Positions 40,300 to 54,478 of a stretch of 64,000 bases of DNA are shown here, piece after piece. The stretch is taken from the NCBI GenBank assembly GCA_000320545.1, contig ADNK01001198.1, positions 49,695 through 113,694 on the forward strand, read 5' to 3'. Both the position numbers and the translations under genes were made by a program. Source of the DNA: Bigelowiella natans CCMP2755. Its lineage: Eukaryota > Protista > Cercozoa. The notes beneath the pieces are model-generated. The model was given only the letters and a program-made list of their open reading frames with translations. It was not told the DNA's origin and did not search any database. Position 1 is the first letter of the stretch. Every line of letters begins with the position of its first letter.

Positions 40300-41277
40300 G
40301 GATCCGCATCGAAGATATCCGAGCACTTACAGCCCCTGGTAGCGCTCCCCCTCCTAGTTTTTGTTACTACACCATCATGATCATCATTACACAACTGCCT
40401 CTCGTTTATTACTACTTCTTACTGCTGCTGCTACTTTTATGAGCACAAGCAACACACCATTACTCACCGAACAACACAAACAGCTTCTATGTGTTATTAC
40501 TTGCTGCTAGATATATAACTACTTACTGCATATCCATCAAGACCCCCCCCCCCCCCCCCCCTTTCCCTCCACTTTCCTATTTCTTTCCTAAATAAAAGGT
40601 GAAGTTTATTGTCCCATTGATCAATAAAGACCCTCATGCCCGCGTTCGGTAAGTAGTAGTGATGAGTTATCAAGTTGGTGGTGGTGGTGCTGCTTTACTG
40701 AACGACTTCTGTCTGCGAAAGCATTGCAAAACTGCAATGTAATGTTGCATCTATGCGTCGTCATGTCATCATATGGCGGTACATGTGTGTTTGCTATCGA
40801 TGCTCATATCGTCACATATATCTTCAGATGGGCCGCACTAAACACAGTAGCACACCTTTGTGCAGAATTCTCTCCTGCTCTCCAGCTGGCATTTGGAAGG
40901 TCTTGAGTTGCTTTGTCATGTGTGGTGGTGATGGTCAATTATCAGTGTGATAAATGATAGATATCACTTACTTCGTTACTTCCTTCATCACGTCATGTGA
41001 ACAAACACAATATACTCAGTACGATTGCTGCAACTTACTACTGTTAGGCCTTTGTTAGAGGCAATTGTTGGAGCAATGCGAAATAGGTATTACTACTACC
41101 AATGGTACATTAGTTTTTCAGTAGGAGAGAGTATATGGCGACTACCACGATTTATCATCATCATCATCATCACATCTCACCATCCAATCAATCATTGTTA
41201 CTGCTTAGGAATAACCCTGCAAGAGTTACAAGAAACGCTGCTATGTGCATCGTTGATTATTGCTCGAGAGGTGTTTT

Positions 41278-41351
<74 letters not shown>

Positions 41352-42489
41352 TATTCATGTTGGTGTTGGTGGCAAATGATATATGGCAATAAATGCTGCT
41401 GCTGCTGCTGCTGCTACTGATGATGATGATGATGATGATGATGACGACGATGATGAAATAAGTAACCATGAACTACAAAGCGTTGTTTTTTTAATCTTTC
41501 TTGGCAAATAATGTCCACACATAAATTATAATGCAATGTGTATTGTGGGTGTGTCGCCTGTGGCGCCTAATTCATTTTCTCCTTGTGAATGATAACCGTA
41601 ATCATCAGATGAAAAGAATACAATCCAGCATTTCCTCAAAGAGGTACTGTTACTAGTAGTAGTAGCAGTAGTAGCAGTAGCGCAGAAGAGGGGGAGCTTA
41701 TATTTCTCCTTATTCTTCTTCTTCTTCTTCTTCTGCTCGATGATGGTGTTGTCTACAACTACTACTACTACTGAGTAACTAATGTCTGCTGTCGGTGTGT
41801 GTGTTAATTAGACGCTATCTGCAATCAATGACCTTTTGAAACCTTCAAGGTACACCGAACATCTATTATTATTATTAGTAGTAGTAATAGTAGTAGTGTG
41901 TTTTTAATGATGATGATTATGATGATGATGATGAGGGTGCGTGTTTGTGTTGTATTCGTATCATTGTTGATGACTGACTTTAACCATCACCACCACCACC
42001 ACCACCACCACCACAAAAGAGATCCAAGGGTGCTATCAGGAGCTCTCGCTGCTTTGGCAGCTACTGCAGAATCAGTAATAATAGCAATAATAACAACAAC
42101 AAGAATAATAATAATAAGAAGAGGTCGTCATTTACAACAAAAACAACAACTACTACTACTGATATATCCACGTACAATCCCACTCCTTTTTGGAGAGAAG
42201 AAGGTGTTCTTGATTGATGAAGGGCACTCATGCATTCTGTGTGATTGTTCTTGCTGATTATTTGTATAAAGGCTGCGGCAGAAAATTTTACCCAATATTA
42301 CCAAAACTTCATGCCAAACGTTGTGCGGCTGCTCATAGGTAGTGACTTTGCATTTGAATATAACAAGAGGGAGAGAGGGAGGGGAGATACAGAATACTTC
42401 CAACAGTAGTATCAGACGATGCGCGAGGTATATATGCGTAGTACTGCTTCAACTACTACTATATCGCACCTGACTATTGCTATTACGTG

Positions 42490-42525
<36 letters not shown>

Positions 42526-42623
42526 TCGTAGATGCAAGAGATCATATCCAAAAGGAAAAACAGCAACAAAACGGGGAAAACGCTCCGAAAAGTTCAAAAG
42601 AGGTGTGTTTGCGTGTGTGTGTG

Positions 42624-42664
<41 letters not shown>

Positions 42665-42775
42665 GGAGTTGTAAATAGTAAGCATGTTTGATGTATCATT
42701 TCGATATTATAATAACGTTTCCACATTTTGAATGTAATTGGGTTGCCACGTGTGTGTGCATATACCAAGAGAATT

Positions 42776-42818
<43 letters not shown>

Positions 42819-43384
42819 CTTGGCAGTCGGACAAAAATGAGATATTTTAATCTATAATATAATCTTGATGTGTGCATATCACATTATCAGCTAGAGAGAC
42901 GTCAATGGATGCAGGAGCTCCGCGTAAATGCTGTATATTGCATCGGTAGTATATGTGTGTGGGGGGGGGGGGAAGGGTATGTGGGGATGTGTAGCATTGG
43001 TGCGTCCAGTTGTTGATGACACCGTTGATGATGGATATATGGTATGCCATAAACAGAAGTAATTGCGAGATCGGTGAATAAAGACATATTCGAGAAAGAT
43101 TCTAAGAAGGTGAGTCAGTAAGTAAGTCAGTGATGATTACGAGTACTGCTACTATTCATCAATAAACAAAAGGACAAAAACTTACCAGTAATTATATAAC
43201 TATTCTCTCTCTCTTTTCCCTCCCCCCTTCCCTCCAATAATTAGGTGATGAACATCCTTGCATCTACGCAAACGCTACTGGATTCTGGTACTATAATCAT
43301 CATAAATTTGATTCGTTGATATTCATTCATGAGGAAAAGAGAATAGCCGTCGTACTGAACTAAAATCTTTATCATCATCATTAC

Positions 43385-43421
<37 letters not shown>

Positions 43422-43531
43422 GTGTTGTTGTTGCTGCTGCAAACGTTATGATTTACCAGGAGATCCAACTGAAGAGAAGATTCTAGACGCGTATTCGACG
43501 ATATCACGAATCATCGGAGTAAGTACTAAGC

Positions 43532-43564
<33 letters not shown>

Positions 43565-43618
43565 CACATTCATAAAAAGTAGCAGCACACTCGAGGAGGA
43601 ATGAATATATACGAATAT

Positions 43619-43662
<44 letters not shown>

Positions 43663-43705
43663 AAATTATTGTTGTTGTTAATGTTGTTGTTGTTGCTATT
43701 CCTCT

Positions 43706-43736
<31 letters not shown>

Positions 43737-43943
43737 CTACTATCTACTACTCCCATCTCTACTATTGCTACTACTACTACTACTACTCATTAGGAAAACT
43801 TTGGTCCTTACTTGAGGCACGTGGTATGCTGCTGCTACAACTACAAATACTACTAATAAGACTACTCCTATTACGACAACTACTGTAACAATAAACATGA
43901 AAATCAACACTACTACTACCATCATGAGTTTTCATCGAGAATG

Positions 43944-43976
<33 letters not shown>

Positions 43977-44054
43977 CGTATCGTGTAAAATACAAAGGTC
44001 CCTCCATTGCTAAGAGCTGGTGTCATAACCGATGACATTGTCAAAAGGGTGGGT

Positions 44055-44094
<40 letters not shown>

Positions 44095-44805
44095 CTGTGT
44101 GTGTGTGTGTGTTGCTGGAAAGATATGGCACATACATACATAATATTGTTCTTGGTAACGATGATGACAGGACTCACAGCTCCAAGAAGACGATCAAAAG
44201 AATGGTTACGAGTACTTTGAAGTATCTGTCCGTGGAGTGGGGACATCGGTCACATATTGATGATGCTTTTGATCATGGATGATAGTAGTAAAAACATTCA
44301 TTCATTTGATTTACCAACACACACCTACACACAAGCACATGTCTTAAATAATTTAGCATCGTCATCGATATCTTATTAATAGGTGTTGGCTATTAATACA
44401 TCCAAAGTAGAAGATATGTTCAACGGTAAGTAGTAGTAGTAGTAGTAGTAGTAGCGTAAGTGCTACTAGTAGGAATAAGTATGAAATGAAGAAAGGACCA
44501 GCACCTGAATCATCATTACCTGATTACAGAAATAGAAGAATAGCACATTGACGTGTTAATTATGTACACGAATATACCTCATCATCATCATCACCATCAT
44601 CATCATCATTAGCGTGCTTACGATTGGGAGAATATGCCAGAGGATCGCCAAAAAGTTTCAACCCATATCTTCAAGAAACAGTAATTATTCATGATAGAGA
44701 GTGATGATTGCGAAGAACGACGATGAGGATTATGATGGATTTAGATAGAAAGCAGCAATGTGTATGGCTAACAAAATACCTACTTCAAATAAAATTAATG
44801 ACTTC

Positions 44806-44861
<56 letters not shown>

Positions 44862-45473
44862 TCTCTCTATTTCCATGGCATTATCATGATCATTATCATC
44901 ATTATCATCATCATTATCATTAATATTATTATTATATGATCATCATCTAGGTGAAGATGATATGTCCTCTGATTGAATTCAAGCATTCCCCGAGAGTGAG
45001 AATACCGGCATATCAATCGGTTGTATTATTACTTAATGTGTTTCACACTTCTTCAATGTGGGGGTGGGAGGGGGGGGGGACAGATGCTAAAAGTAAGATA
45101 ATGATGATAATGATGATGATGATGATGATGAAACACCGAGAAGATGAATGTTGTTGATAATGCATACGGTGTGTGCTCTTAATCATGATCGTGTAGGTGT
45201 CATCGTTGGTTTACTGTGCTGCTACGAGCAATCGTCCTAGTGCGGGAAACGCACTCCTCGTCGCCACACTACCATTCTTCAATAGGTTATAGCTGTGGAC
45301 AATGATGATCATTAAGAGTATTAGAAGTATTAGTGAAATCGATTTAGGGCCTGATGTTTAAGAAGAAGAAGAGGGATATTATCAAGGTTGCATATCGTCG
45401 CTTTGCGTTGGGAATTGCTGACAGAAATCCTTGAAAAACAAACAAAAACGTGCGTCTATTTATTTGGAATAAT

Positions 45474-45514
<41 letters not shown>

Positions 45515-46221
45515 AGAGCTGCTGAATTAGAAGAAGAGGCAGATTACCTATCGGTGTGAGCTACCACCTCTATCCTCTCTACTACTCAATGATCACATCT
45601 AAAAAACAACATAACAGCGACACTTATATTATATCAGTTTATATCAGTATCTTGTATTCATAATCTACATGTTAAAAAAAGACAAAATGAGAAATTAGGG
45701 TTACTATTGCTTTGCTTCTCTTTCTTCATATACAAACTACATCATATGCAATTTATTAATGTAAGTATGCTTTCTCATCTGATCTCCTCTCCTCTCCTCT
45801 CCTCTCCTTTGTAGGTGTTGCTAGCTTCTATATCGGACTCAATTGACGAAATCAAACAAGTACTACTACTACTACTACCAAATAATAGCAATGCACGATG
45901 AATATGTGTGTTAATAGTTAATAATGCAACTTGAGAAACAACTGGGTTTTTTTCCAAACAAATTTATCAAAATCAAAATATCAGCAGTAGAGTGGCAAAG
46001 AGGGGAGGATTTTGGTTGATATGTTATTATTTAGTTGATGATAATTTACATAGAATGGAAGTGAAAGGGCGAATGTACGATGATACAAACTACTTCATAA
46101 TAATATTAAATTACAATCTCGAAACCTAATCGCAGCCTCTGGATGATAACTCTTGCAAGCTCATTGATAATATGCTCGTGGGTGTTCTCCAAAACTGTCG
46201 GGAACGTCTGGCAGAGTAAGT

Positions 46222-46253
<32 letters not shown>

Positions 46254-46438
46254 TATTATCACCATTCCTTCAAAATATGACGATGATGATGCAATACCAA
46301 CAACCACACATAGGTATGAAGGAAGATTACGTGACAAAGCAGCTGTTGATGAGCAGGTGTACATTATCTAAAATCATTCATGATCTCGTAATGTTTGATG
46401 CTACTTTATCTGAAAGAGAACCAAAGAGGGTTTTTCCA

Positions 46439-46471
<33 letters not shown>

Positions 46472-46617
46472 CATACACACACTGACATCTTCCTAGAAGA
46501 TAAACGGTGTTTGCTGCTACTTTGTTACTCCTCCTCGCCCTCCCCCCTCGTAATGCAGGAAAGAGAAGAAATTCAAGAATCTCGCATTGGGGAGAGCAAG
46601 ATGATAGGCAATTATAT

Positions 46618-46648
<31 letters not shown>

Positions 46649-46750
46649 ATGCATATAATACATTCAAAGATATTCCTATTACTAATTAGATTATCCCTCG
46701 TATTCTTTGGTGAGAATGGATGATGCAATAACCAATATATTGTTTTTGTC

Positions 46751-46787
<37 letters not shown>

Positions 46788-47832
46788 GGGAATCTCAACG
46801 AAGTGATCAAATCCCTATTAAAGAACACAAAGAATAACTACCTCAAGATATTCCATAATAGGTAGTAATGGTGGTAGTAATATAAGAGCTGCTGCTGCTG
46901 TTTACATATAGGTGCATTGATAAGATGATTGCAAATATACAGCGTGTGTGTGTGTGTGTGTTTGAGCGCAGGGGGGGGGGGGGGTTATCCTGAAATGCAC
47001 GATTCTTCGATATGCTTCCTCATAGTCACAATTTTGTCGTTGTTGTTAGTATTATTGTTGGTATTATTGTTGGTATTATTGTTGGTATTATTGTTGGTAT
47101 TATTGTTGGTATTATTGTTAGTATTATTGCTAGTATTATTGTTTGTATTTTTGTTAGTATTATTATAATTCATCGTCTTTGCCCGACTGATACTGCTACT
47201 ACTACTACTACTACTACTACCACTACCACTAACTACTGCTGCTGCTACTAATGCTGCCACTACCACAGATTACTAAGGCTATACTCTACCTTCCTGAAAG
47301 ACGACTCAAATGAGGACCTTCAAAATGCTGGTCGTTGATGCTGTTGTTGTTGTTGTTGCTGCTAATGATGATGATGATGATGATGATGACGATGATAATG
47401 ATGATGATGCCAATGAGTGGTTCTTATCATCAATGTGCTGCGTGATGATGATGATGATCTCATCATTAACAATAGGTATATGTTGTCTCATCGACGTGAT
47501 CGAAACGGTTGGAAAACATCAGGTGTTGTTATAATGATGATGATGATGATGATGATAATGATGATGATGATGATGTGTCTTACTTGTTACACATGTGAAT
47601 AAACCACAACGATGTTGTTATTGACATTCTTATTTCTCATAACTTATAACTTAAACCTACTACTACTACTACTACTACTACTACTATGTTATCCATCATT
47701 TTAGGCAACAATGCAGTATTCCAAAGACCTCCTACCTCTCGCAATAGCGAAATCGGTAAGATTGTTCTTCAGTATCATACGCTGTCAGACCGCCCTTTAA
47801 AGTCGTCTCACTTTCTTTCTCTCGGGGCGCGT

Positions 47833-47867
<35 letters not shown>

Positions 47868-48710
47868 AACAATTTGCTGGTCAGACTTCTAAGAGCATAG
47901 ATGTGCGGCATTCAGCTGTTTACTGTGTAAGTAAAGGAAAATGATGCTGTTGATGATGATGCTGATGATGACGAAAGCAGAAGATAAAGAGAAATGGGAG
48001 ATTTCTGGCTGAAAACATGTTAATCGATATGGGTGTATATGTGATTTCGAGAGCATGAATTGATATTTATGTAGGACATTCTTATGTGCTTATTATGTGG
48101 TAATGCTTATGTGTAGATTGGAATGTGTGCAACGATGTTGGGTGCTGAGGGATTTGCCCCTTTCTACTCAAAGGCAATGCAAGGGTATGCATGCCGACAA
48201 ACAATGATCATGTTGAAAATGACGATGATGATGATGATGATGATAATAAAGATGATGATGATGATGATGGACTTTCATTGTGTATTGCCTTTGATTGCTC
48301 TTCCATACATATCAGGCTGGTTAAGACCATAGAATCAAAGAATGGTGCGTGTATGTGTGCGTGTATGTGTTTTGCTCATTTTGCGAGATCATCTTCAGCT
48401 GTAGCAGCATCATCCAAATTTTCAACATTGAGTATCACCAATCCATCAACCCAATGATTCTATCAATCAATCAATCAATCATTAGAGGCCGACAACGGAC
48501 CTGCAGCAGATAATGCCATCTCCTCGGTAAGAAGTGCTACTTCTAGTTGTAGCAGTAATAATAGGCTATTTGTTTCTGGACATCTGCTACTACCTCTACT
48601 AATAAAAGTCATCACATTCATTTTAATTTTGGTTTTTATGCGTTGTCTATTCTAGAAACACATCACTTATCATCATGAAAATACACACACAAACACATTG
48701 AATGGTATTT

Positions 48711-48746
<36 letters not shown>

Positions 48747-49700
48747 TACGTGAGCGTGTGTGTGTACTGTAATATCCATAGGTTGGGAAGATTGCTATCG
48801 TTATGGGGTGAATAAACACACATCTCACGATGATGATCACGTGTTGATAACTACATTATATACTATTTTTACATGTATCGTCGATGATTTATTGGCTACG
48901 CTTGAGGAGATATCTACCCTCATTATCATCATCATCATCATCATAACCTTTTCTTCTTCTTCTTCTTCTTCTTACTACTACTACTAGTTTGAAAGCAAAG
49001 AAAGAGATTTTGGGCAAATGGGTACTAAGAGTAGAAGTGCATTCATTACGACAATATAAAAAGTACCGACGATTCGGTAGATTGGAAGTTATTGGGTTAT
49101 GAATGTGTGTGTGTGTGTGTGTGTGTGTGTTGTTTCTATGTTAAGATGCTATGTTTCCCTTATATTCAGATTAGTTATTTACCATGCAAGCACGACGTAA
49201 TTGAGGTAGTATTTCTTGTTTGTTCACTACAATCATCATTTTCATCATCATCGTCTTTATTATCATCATCATCATGGTGGTGGTGGTGGTGGTGGTAGTA
49301 CAAAGTGAATCTAGTTGTTGCTATTTAAAAATACTCTGGGCATTACCCAAGAGCCAAATATGATTATATGATCGAATAGACCGTAATCAGTCTCACCCTG
49401 GATGCATTGAGAGAAGAACGTCATTAAAATGCATATTACAGTACACTAAACAACCAAATTCTAATTACAAGAATACTATTAATATAATGATATTCATTAT
49501 TATTTTGTGTGAAGGCCAAGCGGATCCACAGTATGCTCTGCGGATTTCTGGAAAATGGTTGTTATTGTTGTTGTATATTAAATATCATATCATATAAACA
49601 AAGACTGATTAAGCTGTGCATCATCCAGAATCAGACGCAAAGCTCATTTATGGAGCAAATAACAACAATATACCAAAAGTAAGATCTTCACTGATAGTGA

Positions 49701-49732
<32 letters not shown>

Positions 49733-50138
49733 ATGAAGGACTAAGACAACCAAAACGACGATGGTAATGATGGCATTGCTCTAAAATCTCGAGCATAATG
49801 AATACGTTATCTCCTTGTTTTCCTCCATTTCTTCGTGTATTCTGCTTCATCATCATCCTTGTCTCTTTCTTGCTCTTTCTGTCAGCTGATATCCACAATC
49901 GTGGCCATTCTGGGGAATGATCTAGCAGAGGAGGCTGTATTAAAGAAATTCACCAGAATTCTCAAAAATCTCCTTCAAATTATCGTAATGATATCTAGAT
50001 AATTGCCACACAAATCGTGAAGAATGATGGAGGAGGAGGAGGACTATTGTTTGCGTTGTTATTATTTAATTATTCATTCATAATACTACTCACATTATCA
50101 CTATGCCAATGCGCTATTGAAATCACTTATCAAGTCAT

Positions 50139-50177
<39 letters not shown>

Positions 50178-50365
50178 ATTGTTGGGGTCTGGCTCTTAAC
50201 TCTGGCTGGTAAATTGGATATTGCTCTATTATGCTACCACAGGGACCGGATGGCCGTCGACGCATTCATGGTGAGTGTGTGTGGTAGCAGTAGTAGTAGT
50301 GTTCCAAGGAATAAGACATTATCAAGATAATTATAATATTCTCTCTCTTTCTTTTTCTCACCACA

Positions 50366-50433
<68 letters not shown>

Positions 50434-50546
50434 TCTAGACATGTGCATTATACACAAATACATATCTGTGTGCACATATCGAATCGTTAGGCATGCTAAA
50501 TGACAGCAAGCACCGGGCCATAATTCAAAGGGTATGGGAATCCTAG
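34758..50546 (+). CDS. IPO5: Importin-5/RanBP5 (karyopherin beta-3, Kap121-like); dozens of micro-exons
   Basis: ME|AWKEFEGVCIGTQ|DPDNPTRIAAE, RMFCCVMLRQ, DGWPDLIPFI, DPHARVR|WAALNTVAHLCAEFSP, KMICPLIEFKHSPRVR, DVRHSAVYC|IGMCA, AADNAISS|VGKI, LPCKHDVIE. Importin-4 is the less likely alternative. Confidence 0.85.
47043..47166. repeat. 12-bp minisatellite, about 10 copies, intronic
   Basis: Unit gtattattgttg. Confidence 0.85.
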
Positions 50547-50639
50547 GAGTAGAGGAACGTGTATCTTGGGTGAAACTATACAGTCAATCATAGAATATTG
50601 CCATGCAATAGCAATATCTAACACGGTAGATATATCACC

Positions 50640-51480
50640 AAGCAAATGATATCTTACACTGCATGTCTAGATCTAGAGATGTCTAGCTACCTAGATGTAC
50701 CGCACACACCGCACTAAAATATATCGATGCGACAGTAGAAATGGAGGGCGAGCGAAAGTAGTAGTGCAAAGTGTTATAACTCACCCGTTTACCTGTCTAG
50801 CTGTGCATGTATAATGATGTCTATCTAGATGTATGTGTGTGCGCACTGCGCCTAGCTAGCTAGCTAGCTAGGCGCAGCGTTTGATTGCTTCATTATAGTC
50901 ATCATTATTGATCTCTAGATCTATAGCTAGCGCGCGCTGGAATGCCACGCCTAATAGACGTCTAGCTAGCTAGATAAATGCTCTAGTGCTGCGTATAGCA
51001 GTATCAATAACAAATGAGCAATGACACCAATTAGCAAGCTAGCAAGCATCGCATCCGTCCGAGCAGCAATAATGTCTAGATGTATTAAGTGTCGTGTCGC
51101 TATTAGCTATCTAGCTAAGCTAGTAAGCTAGCAAGCTGGCTATCTAGCTATTTATGAGCCACAGCTGATCTAGATGAGATGAAGAGATTTCAGATGATAA
51201 CGATACACATGCTATAGCTAGCTAGTCTAGCTAGTGCCAATAGATCTAGAGGTGCAATGCTAGCTTACTAGCTAGCACGTCGTGGCACAGATGCCATAGT
51301 CTCAAACATCGATCTGCACTATGTCTAGTATGTAGCACTAGCTAGCTCTACACTTACGGTGCCCCGGTTTCCACTACTAGACTACAGACTAGCTAGCTGC
51401 TGGTCAATTCTAGAATAATTACGCACGAAGCTATAGCCACCCCACAGCTACGACTGTTACGTACATTTATGCGTCATGCG
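50640..51480. other. CTAG/palindrome-rich intergenic island 5 (convergent: IPO5 and UBE2S)
   Basis: About 35-40 CTAG in about 750 bp, the densest island. Confidence 0.9.
50846..50877. repeat. Perfect 32-bp palindrome
   Basis: CTGCGC(CTAG)5GCGCAG equals its own reverse complement. Confidence 0.95.
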
Positions 51481-51668
51481 TATCAAAATACGTTTGAATT
51501 ATAGAGTTACTAATAACTACGAATTTTTCCGCTGAGTTGTAATCTCTATACGCAGAGTCAGAACACTGTCCATTACATCTACATTTAAGCAAATGTGCTT
51601 TGTTTGGATTGTGTCATTTCCACGAGATTCGATATGGACAATGTGCTTAATACGCTGCAGGTTTGCAA

Positions 51669-52697
51669 TCACAATCTTTTCAGACTAGAACCTTTTTGCC
51701 TTCTCTTACTTTTGGATTTAGAACTTTTTGAAACCTTACTGCTCTTGGACTTTGCAGAGGTGGCCTTCGATTTACTACTTTTGGATGATGCTTTCAAGCA
51801 ACTGCTTTCTTTGGACTCTTTGCTCTCATTGCTACCTTTTGGAGTTGCATATAGCTTTGTAAACATCAATGCTCGCTTGGAGTAGCTATCATACTCTTCC
51901 AGGAGTAACTTTCCTGCTTCCTCGTTAAGAGCCGATTCAGGGTTAGGATGGATCAGCAAGCACCTGATAACCTGATAGAAGAAGAAAGGTAATTTAAATT
52001 TCAGCCATGAACATGGATAGATTCCATGGGCACTTTGATTTCTGTCTTACCATAAGTACATGTTTTAAGCCGTGCGCTGGTTTCCAGTCTTTCTTAAGCG
52101 TGTTAACGCAGATCTCCCCCTTGCTAGAGACGTTCGGATGGAAGATTTTGGTGAGGAAAAATCCTAGGTAGCACAAATCCCAAAGTTGTCGTTAGGTACA
52201 ACTCTAATTTCTGAACACATATCACATGAATAGTAGCATTTCAAAAGTAATATACCTTTTGGGGGCGAATTTGGGAAGTCGCTTCCGATTCGAAGCATGC
52301 ATCGGAAAACACCTCCTTGAAAAGGTGTACCCTCTAATAATACAGAAATCAAATTCATACCATTTCAAAAACATATTTTGCATCAATCTTTAGGGATCAT
52401 CGTGGTAAGAAACGTCAACCTGGCCCCTCGATGTCTGCGTTAATGCAAGTCATGTTCTCTTCCGAAAAGTGGAGCACAATGCCTTCTGGGGTATTTTTGG
52501 TCACATCTCGGATGTCTTTCATCAGCTTCATCATAGCTTGAGGAGATAGGTTCTCATTCTATCATAATTGATACCATCAGTTACACTAGTATCGACATTG
52601 GGTTATATTTCTCTCTCTCCCTAAATGTTTAGCATTCGATGCCTCTTCTTCATACCAGCCTCAACAATACTAGCTTTTTTTTAGGAATCTTTTTCAT
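51669..52697 (-). CDS. UBE2S: Ubiquitin-conjugating enzyme E2 S (first exon uncertain)
   Basis: [16 protein letters not shown]...IEGP|[10 protein letters not shown]...FPNSPPK|[27 protein letters not shown]...|[27 protein letters not shown], with a basic tail ending LKRL*. Confidence 0.93.
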
Positions 52698-53159
52698 TTT
52701 TCGAAACGCATGATCATGATTGAACAAGGCGTGCTCATCGACGTGCAGGGTCACCATGGTTGATAGTTTGTCCTCCTTGGTTCTTCGTTGCACGGCTCGT
52801 TCGTCTCTGGGTCCTCCTAGACCTATTCTTCTTCTTATTACGGTTGCGTTTCAAGCGATCTCCAGTGAGTCTCTCAGAGTCTCTAGGGATCTCACTCTCC
52901 GCCAATCCAACGGATATCAACCTTTTATTTCAAAAATTGATGTCGTTTTGAACCAGAAACTTCATTTTTACGATAGTTCTGATAGAAATTGCCCCGGCGT
53001 AAAAAATGCAAAAAAAAGTCGGATGCCCGTTGAAGCTGGATTATGTTAGGCCGAATGCACAATCAACACATCGAAAGCAGCACACACATGCGTTTTTGTC
53101 TCAAAATGCTTCTAAATCCATTGTCGTACCGGTACACTCTTCGCTCATTACGATTCTAC

Positions 53160-54115
53160 GACATGGTTTTCGTGTTCGACCTGCAGGGAAATTTCGGGAG
53201 TTCGTGGTGTTCTTGGGTTGCACTCTTTCCTTTCTTTTTTTCTTCATCAGTGTGCTCTCTAGCTCTGCTATTCTGCGGTGAAGGTCCTCTTCTGCCATGC
53301 ATGCACAAACACTTCTTTCTTTCTTTCATTTTGAACCTTGTCTGTGATGTGGATGTCATCAAGAAGAATGTGGATGAGAGAGCATGCCCAATGCCAGAAT
53401 GATCCTTTCAGCTGGCTAGCTGGGCCACTCTGGCATTGCATGCACGGAATCACTCCACGTTCTCTTTCTAGCTTTCCCCCGCTTTTGTTGGTCAGCTGTT
53501 TTCAAAATCTCGCTTTTATCCTGGCTAGTTCTAGTTGCATCTTTGTGTTTGAGGCACGTCTTCACGTCAACAGCGCAGCGCGAAGTCTGTGCATCGTTCG
53601 TTCGATCAGTTCGTTGCTCCGTCGACACGACCGCTAGCTAGCTAGCTAGCTAGATCGCTCCACGTCTGGACGTCTAGCTAGCTGGATCGCAGCATGCCAA
53701 CATGAGCGTGCGTGTGTCGCAACGAGCTGCGCGCCACCGTTGCACTTGTGCTCTCTTGAGATCGAACTGAGTGCCAGCTGTGCTAGCAGACACCTAGAAA
53801 TCTAGAGATGTGCATGTGCATGCTCTAGTGCTAGCTAGCTAGCATGACGCAGCAATCTAGCAATGCTAGAATGATGATGGCAACGTGCAGCATGCGCTGT
53901 GCATCGCATGTCCATGCTAGCTAGCTAGCTAGCTAGCTAGGGCCACAGCTAGACAGGTAATTGTAGCAATTATGAACTTGCATGGTAGCATGTTCTGGCA
54001 ACGTACAAGCTAATGCACACTAGCACACATGCTAGTTCTTATTGTTGCACTTCTAGGCTTCTAGACTCATAGTAGAGAATAAGGTCGATATCAAGAAGCA
54101 ATGCGGGAGTTGCTA
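53160..54115. other. CTAG/palindrome-rich intergenic island 6 (tandem -,-; after the SAM50 3' end)
   Basis: 28 CTAG in 53161-53955. (CTAG)5 at 53634 and (CTAG)6 at 53917. Only 2 TpA lie outside CTAG. Confidence 0.9.
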
Positions 54116-54191
54116 GACGAATGCGTCCGCAATTCAACAACTATGCATCGAAACATTCATACACAAATCGATTACATGGCCGTATCGTTCA

Positions 54192-54439
54192 TCATGAAAA
54201 GTCACTATCCAGAGCCCATCGAAATCGGATTTCAGGTAGAAAGTCTAACAGAAAAAATGAATGAGGGAATTTGAGCTAGTGAACAAAAACAATGCATTTG
54301 GTTAACCTCCTTGATGATGCGTCGTCACGGGTGCTACTAGATTAATCTCGAACCTCCCAATAGATATCGGAGCAATCACTCCTACTCCCACCTGCAGCAC
54401 CATAACTACCAATCAGAAAGACGGATAGAAAGCGAGGGG

Positions 54440-54478
<39 letters not shown>

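Noticed and set aside
2084-50490. Many short ORFs with poly-M/H/Y/L/S/N or CV/HT/ER runs
   Set aside because: They are translations of intronic microsatellites and lie between exons of recognised genes.
52720-53637. ORFs upstream of UBE2S
   Set aside because: They have no recognisable motifs. TpA depletion removes TAA/TAG and inflates ORF length on both strands. The same applies to ORFs at 34117-34574 and 59018-59705.
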